Assembly: GCA_032718475.1 (NCBI GenBank)
Contig: JAUCBJ010007652.1
Span: 1-42,057 of the forward strand
Direction: 5' to 3'
Length of the DNA stretch: 42,057 bases
From: Nemertoderma westbladi
Lineage: Eukaryota > Animalia > Xenacoelomorpha
The translations under genes and the position numbers were made by a program. Below the pieces are notes generated by a model. That model was not told the origin of the DNA and made no database searches. It saw nothing but the letters and a program-made list of their open reading frames with translations. Within the stretch, counting starts at the first letter, position 1; each line of letters starts with the position of its first letter. This document shows positions 36,927-42,057 of the stretch, in pieces.

Positions 36927-37675
36927 CCCATTATTTACCGCAACTAGAAGCTGGGTGATAATTATATTTTTTTTTTCATTTTCTTAGGTTTTGGGGGGTA
37001 ATCAAGAATAATTTGAAAAAAAAATTCGAAAAAATGTAACCCTTCCTATATTTTTTGACTGATCTCATATGATGCCACTGGTAAATAGCATATATAAAAA
37101 TACCATGATTTACTGCTATTTTCATAGTTCAGAGATTAGTTCCATAGATTCAAGAATTAAAGTTAAATATTAGATTTACCATATATTTATCTTATATTTA
37201 TCTATAATACCAAATTATTGAGTGTGGTAGGGAGCAAAACAGTCAACACAAAGGGTAACCTCACACTTTCCACAATAAGTTTGTGGCCTTGACCCGCACC
37301 CTTCAAACCGCAACAAATCGCAAGTGCATATCATCATCATTACACCAATAAAAATGTTCTGCGGCTAATGTATGATATGATGTATAGAACAGGAAACCAA
37401 TAAATGACTTAAGTTCATCAGTTGATAGATCAAAATTGGGCTCATTTTTCTGTTCATGAGCATAGCGAATACTCTCTACTTTGAATAAATTCAGAATTTC
37501 TGAGTCATACATTTTTTCAAATAACTCTACTGGTGTGAGCTCAGCCAATTGAAGCTCTACATTTTCCTTTACTAACTTTTCATTCTGCAAGTCAAATTTT
37601 GTAGTATAAGTTGGATGTTTTTTTCGCCATGTTGGGGCTTCTATCTCCTTCCAACAACCATTATTATCCTCAGGA
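36927..37675 (-). mobile_element. Internally deleted piggyBac remnant (3' end intact)
   Basis: TTAA|CCC terminus at 36923-36929. ORF 37303..37590 (PVELFEKMYDSEIL..ESIRYA..DELKSFIGFL..YW) resembles the N-terminal part of a piggyBac transposase. It is followed directly by a Cys-rich tail GCGSRPQTYCGKCEVTLCVDCFAPYHTQ* (~37215-37305). Confidence 0.85.
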
Positions 37676-38106
37676 GGTTGTGAGCGGATTCAATTCCACT
37701 CCATTACCCCCATAAAGTTGGGAAGTGGCGCCTTTTTCAGCAATATTGGAGATACGAGATTGATAACAACCAATCTCGTATCACACCAAATAATGGGGAT
37801 AACACACACCCCAAAAGCCACACAAAGGGAGGTTGGAGGTCAAACCACCTCGAGAGAGCAAACAACCAACAGGGGGGGGGGGGGGGGGGGGGAGGGAAGC
37901 ACTCCCACAGAGGTGAGAGGCGTGAAGTAGGTTATAAGCCAATAGGAGCGGGAGAAAGCATCCACTGGAGAGAGGCCACGGTAATGTAGGAATGATTAGA
38001 TATATTCCCAATGTGTTGAGCTACCATTTCAGTTATTCAGTCATTAGTTGAGTGCAGACCGGTGACATCTTGCACCGTCACCGTCACTACAGGAAATGAG
38101 CCCTGA

Positions 38107-39159
38107 GATTTAGAGGGAGAGAGTACACCGCCGCGGACCCTGGACGACACCAACCTAACGATCCGCGAGGCCGCGACGCGACGGTATCGACCCGCGACGC
38201 CGGATTCGCCGGCTAGAGACGATCCGGCAGCCCAAGCGGAGGGCGGCCGTCTACCAGGAGGAAGGGAGGAGTCGAGGCACGACGGCGGTCCAGGTACCGA
38301 AGTCACCGGCCAGCCACAGGCCGAGGGCGACGGATGGCCCACCGGAACGGCGACGGTGGGGCCGCCGGTACGACGCCGAACCAGGAGAGGGGGAGGAGAT
38401 GTCGGCGACGAGGATGTCGGAACCAGCAATCTGCTTCGACGGGCCTACAACGCCATGAAGAAACAGCTCAAGGAGGCCAGAGAGGGGGCGAAGGTGAACC
38501 AAGGGAAGTTGAGCCAGCGGCTACGTGAGTCGAATAAACATTTCTGATATCTAGTCCGTTTCGGGCAGGGAGAACTGGCGAGTGAGAGAGCGAGGGGGGT
38601 CGCCACCGAACTATTCGAACTGTGGCGATCCGGGGTTATGGAGCCTGAGGTAGTGTACGTAGGGCAGTATTTAGTGGATGCTAGGGGAATTAAGTTAGTG
38701 GGTTGGGCAGATCCGCACGAGGGTGAACCCGAGGTTAACCCCGAGGATTCGGTCTCGTCGGTTAGCGAGAACCCCAGAAAGCGGGGGAAAGTTAGTAGGA
38801 CAGGGAGGCGACGGGAGTCCATCATGACCGACAAGTCCGCTACATCCTCCGCGAAAGCAAGAAGGGTGTTAGAGATAGATCTGGCGTGTCAATTAGACAT
38901 GGTGGCGCTAGACCAGAAAGAATTAGAGAGGCAGTTGGATGAGAAAACTGCGCTGTTGGAGAAAGAGAGAGAGTTAGCGAGGGAGTGTAGAGAGAGGGCC
39001 GAGAGGGTGGCCAGGAACTGTAGAGAGCAAGATGAGAAGGAGAACGAGGAGCGCAAAGAGCGAGAAATAAGGGTAGAGAACGAACGTAAGGAGCAAGAAG
39101 AGAGGGAGAAAGAGGAGCGTAAAGGGCGAAAAATAAGAGTAGAGAACGAATCAGTTTGA
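38107..39159 (+). pseudogene. gag-like ORF of an LTR retrotransposon (BEL/Pao- or Ty3-like), truncated
   Basis: GC-rich frame open from 38107 to 39159 apart from one TGA (38545-38547); PEDSVSSVS then Ser/Arg-rich and E/R/K coiled-coil segments. A candidate LTR begins TG at 37679, where the piggyBac sequence stops. Confidence 0.55.
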
Positions 39160-42057
39160 ATTTCCCTCTTGCTCACTTTAAACCATTTTGATTAATATCA
39201 TATCATAAGTAAGCAAATAAGATAACATTCTTTGAATATCTATTGTAAAGTATTTTACAGTAGGCCTAGAGTTCGTCATTTATATGACGACTACATCATA
39301 CATAAGGCGTACATATATTATTGCCATATCCATTTTTGTTATATCATTATCATTATTATCCTAAAAGGTTGTCTTTCTGGTGTCAGTCACTATGTCACAT
39401 TTTTATAAATTTATACTGTACATCAACTACTGATGTAGGCTACAGCTACTGTATAATGTATATACAGTTTAATTTTTGTCCTGTTTACCATTACATTACC
39501 ACACTACTAGCATACAAATTTCCAGACATGAATGTCAGTAAAATATGATTATTTTATTAGTTTTATTTATTAGTCCATCAATAAGTACAAACCTTACCCA
39601 TAATATGTATGTAAAACATAAACGAAAAAGCAACCGAACAGTTGCTATTTGGTTTGTAATTGTCATCCATCACCATTAAATTATCTATCGAGCTCGACAA
39701 CCACTACCACTATATCAAGCGAACTCGGACAGTGGAAATGAGATCTTCATAGCAGGTAGTTCACGACTACGCATTCCTTGTGTTGGTTGCCAGAAAAGTA
39801 GAACTGGTATGACCTCATGCTTACTTCTCCAGCAGTCCAGCAGTGCCCACTGAATCTTAATCTGCGTTCACGGGGAGTGTTTGATTCAGATTGTAATCGC
39901 AGCATAGCAAATATTTTCTACCACGAAATATTCCACTATTAAAGAGTGGGAGTGGGGCAGTTTAAGGTACAGTAACTCTCGATATATTCTAGAAAAAACT
40001 GTGGTAGATAGGTAAGACTGTCGCTCTGAGTGGGTCGGAATTGTCCGGGTCGGAATTGTCCGTACACCTTAAACAAACTAGAAGTCTTTAGGCTCGTGAA
40101 AATGTATTGATTTGGAAATTTAGTGCGTGTAGTCATGATGTAAACTGTGAATTATTAACTAGCTATTGATCAAATGATTACTGTAATTCACTCTCTGGGC
40201 TGATAAACTTAACTAAATCAGTTTTAGATCGTTAATTAATATATATTCATTCGCAATATTATATCTCTGTAATGCGGTGCTTTAATAATTTACTCTCTGC
40301 AGAGAATTAAATTGTACTGTATCACTAATTGGGCGCGATTTATTTTGTATTAATTATTGTCAAATTTTTTATTTGTTTGTTTGTTTACCGGTATCTACAA
40401 CTACATAGATCCTTTAATAGATCTGGAATAAAGAGTGTAATAAAAGATATCGGATTTTCGAATTGCCAACCACGACATTATTGGTTTCCCTTTCTCAGAG
40501 ACAGAAGTCATTGAAATCATTATCTTATGTGGTTGTTTGTATTCATATAGAGTGAGAATGCAGACTACTCGGGCCTGCGTTTAAACGCTGTTATAGATTG
40601 ATTTGTACTAATTATCGTTGAGTTAGTAGTATTCACAACGGCAAATAAGTTGCCTATTTTTTGCGCAAAAAACTCTGAAATGCCTTTCTGTTATAAACTG
40701 AAAGTATTTGTTGTTTGTGTAATTTCTTCACTCATGGTTGCGAATCTTGGCTAACTGATAACCTGACACCGGTTAAAGTGTTTTACATCGGATGATTAGA
40801 TCTACTGTAGGCTATGTTAGGCGTAAAAAAGTATAAAACAAAAACCAGATTCGGCCACTCAAATTGTGACATACAGTAGGAAATGTTTTTAACCCCCAAT
40901 TATAGCCAGTTGCTCTTTATTTGTTCTCTTGTTTCTATATTCGAGACTATCAAGTAGCCTCCTGTAGGCTCCGCCTAATGTCCAATAATTTAGAATACAC
41001 CTCGTGATAGTAATTATTTGATTGCCAGTTAACATATGAATTAAGAAATCGATTTAAACATTTAAAATTTGATAACATAGATGTACTTTTTGCTGCTAAC
41101 TACATAAAGGAGGCGTGTAGATATATTTGTAGAGTTTTAACGTACTATACTCCATAATTAGTTAGTAACCACTGATTGGAAATATTACGAAACCAAAAAA
41201 CTTGTCGAACTTTATTGAAGCTTATTAAATTACCTTTCATATAAATCAAAAATTGCAAAAACTGTTAAGAAAGAGCGGAGGAGTAGTATTCTTCGTGTGA
41301 AAAAAATGTCACTCAGAGATACTGTAATTGCCTACAAATTTCAAACCTTCCCGCGCAGAATTGCCTGTATGGGGTCTGGTTGGTTAATAGTGTCTGACAG
41401 GAAGGATTCACACCACCGAGCTAAAATGATATTTGCGGGGGTTTTCAGGGTCGCTGATATCATTTCCGATGTGAGTTTTAAATTTTAGTGGAATTTAGTC
41501 TGTCCGTCGGTTTGTTGTCTATCTGTCTGTCTTACAATTTGACAGACACATTGCCAGACCGATATTCCACGATAACTCGAGGTGCCATAGAAATTCAATA
41601 TATATATGACATACCGCGTATGCCATGGAACCCTAATTAGTGATATACCATGTATGTCAATTTCATGGGCGTCAAGGGGATAACAGGTGGTATCCGTTCC
41701 CTTGAATGAGTAAAAGTATAGCATAAATTAACTCGATAATTAGTTAATTAAAAGTGCGCCAGCACAGGCCTATACATAAATAATACAACTTATGGCAATA
41801 CCTATAGTTGTATAGCCCCGTAATGGCCACAAGGTTGCGTGGAACGTTTAATTTACTGTCCCATTGCAGCTGTCGCATATTGGGCAGTTAGTAAAGAAAG
41901 TATGAATGCTGATATTAGTTGATCTATAACTGTAATGAAACTTGTATCTATAATTCATATACCATTTTAACTGTAACTGAAAAAATTTATATTTTAACTG
42001 AAAAAATTGTAACTAGGCCTACTGTATTGTCTATTGTGTTGGTATTTTATTTACTTT

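Noticed and set aside
40033-40068. gtcggaattgtccg tandem pair resembling a MULE MITE end
   Set aside because: No matching opposite end or TSD was found.
41300-41780. Helitron-like non-autonomous repeat with acag/gtct microsatellite
   Set aside because: Only compositional resemblance; termini and hairpin were not identified.

Overview
AT-rich eukaryotic (probably invertebrate) DNA made mostly of nested transposable elements. Left (3.1-14.7 kb): a recent 2.7-kb duplication with 8880-bp offset carries an intronless 539-aa gene with a BC-box/Cul2-box-like N-terminus and degenerate LRRs. Copy 2 is truncated by the left end of a 16-kb Sola1-type transposon (14690-30632). That element has a spliced ~634-aa transposase and contains two 9-bp-TSD MULE-type MITEs, a hAT MITE, a tRNA-derived SINE head and a 5-bp-TSD long-TIR element, which in turn holds an intact DD35D pogo. 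Its two ends join an LRR gene to a LINE with no TSD, implying a rearrangement. Right: an internally deleted CR1/L2-type LINE, then a second Sola1 (32108-36287, ATAT TSD) whose 672-aa transposase is split by a 688-bp TIR-less insertion (9-bp TSD) containing a hammerhead-ribozyme-like motif. A deleted piggyBac and a gag-like remnant follow. Family assignments come from motif recognition by eye; no database searches were run.
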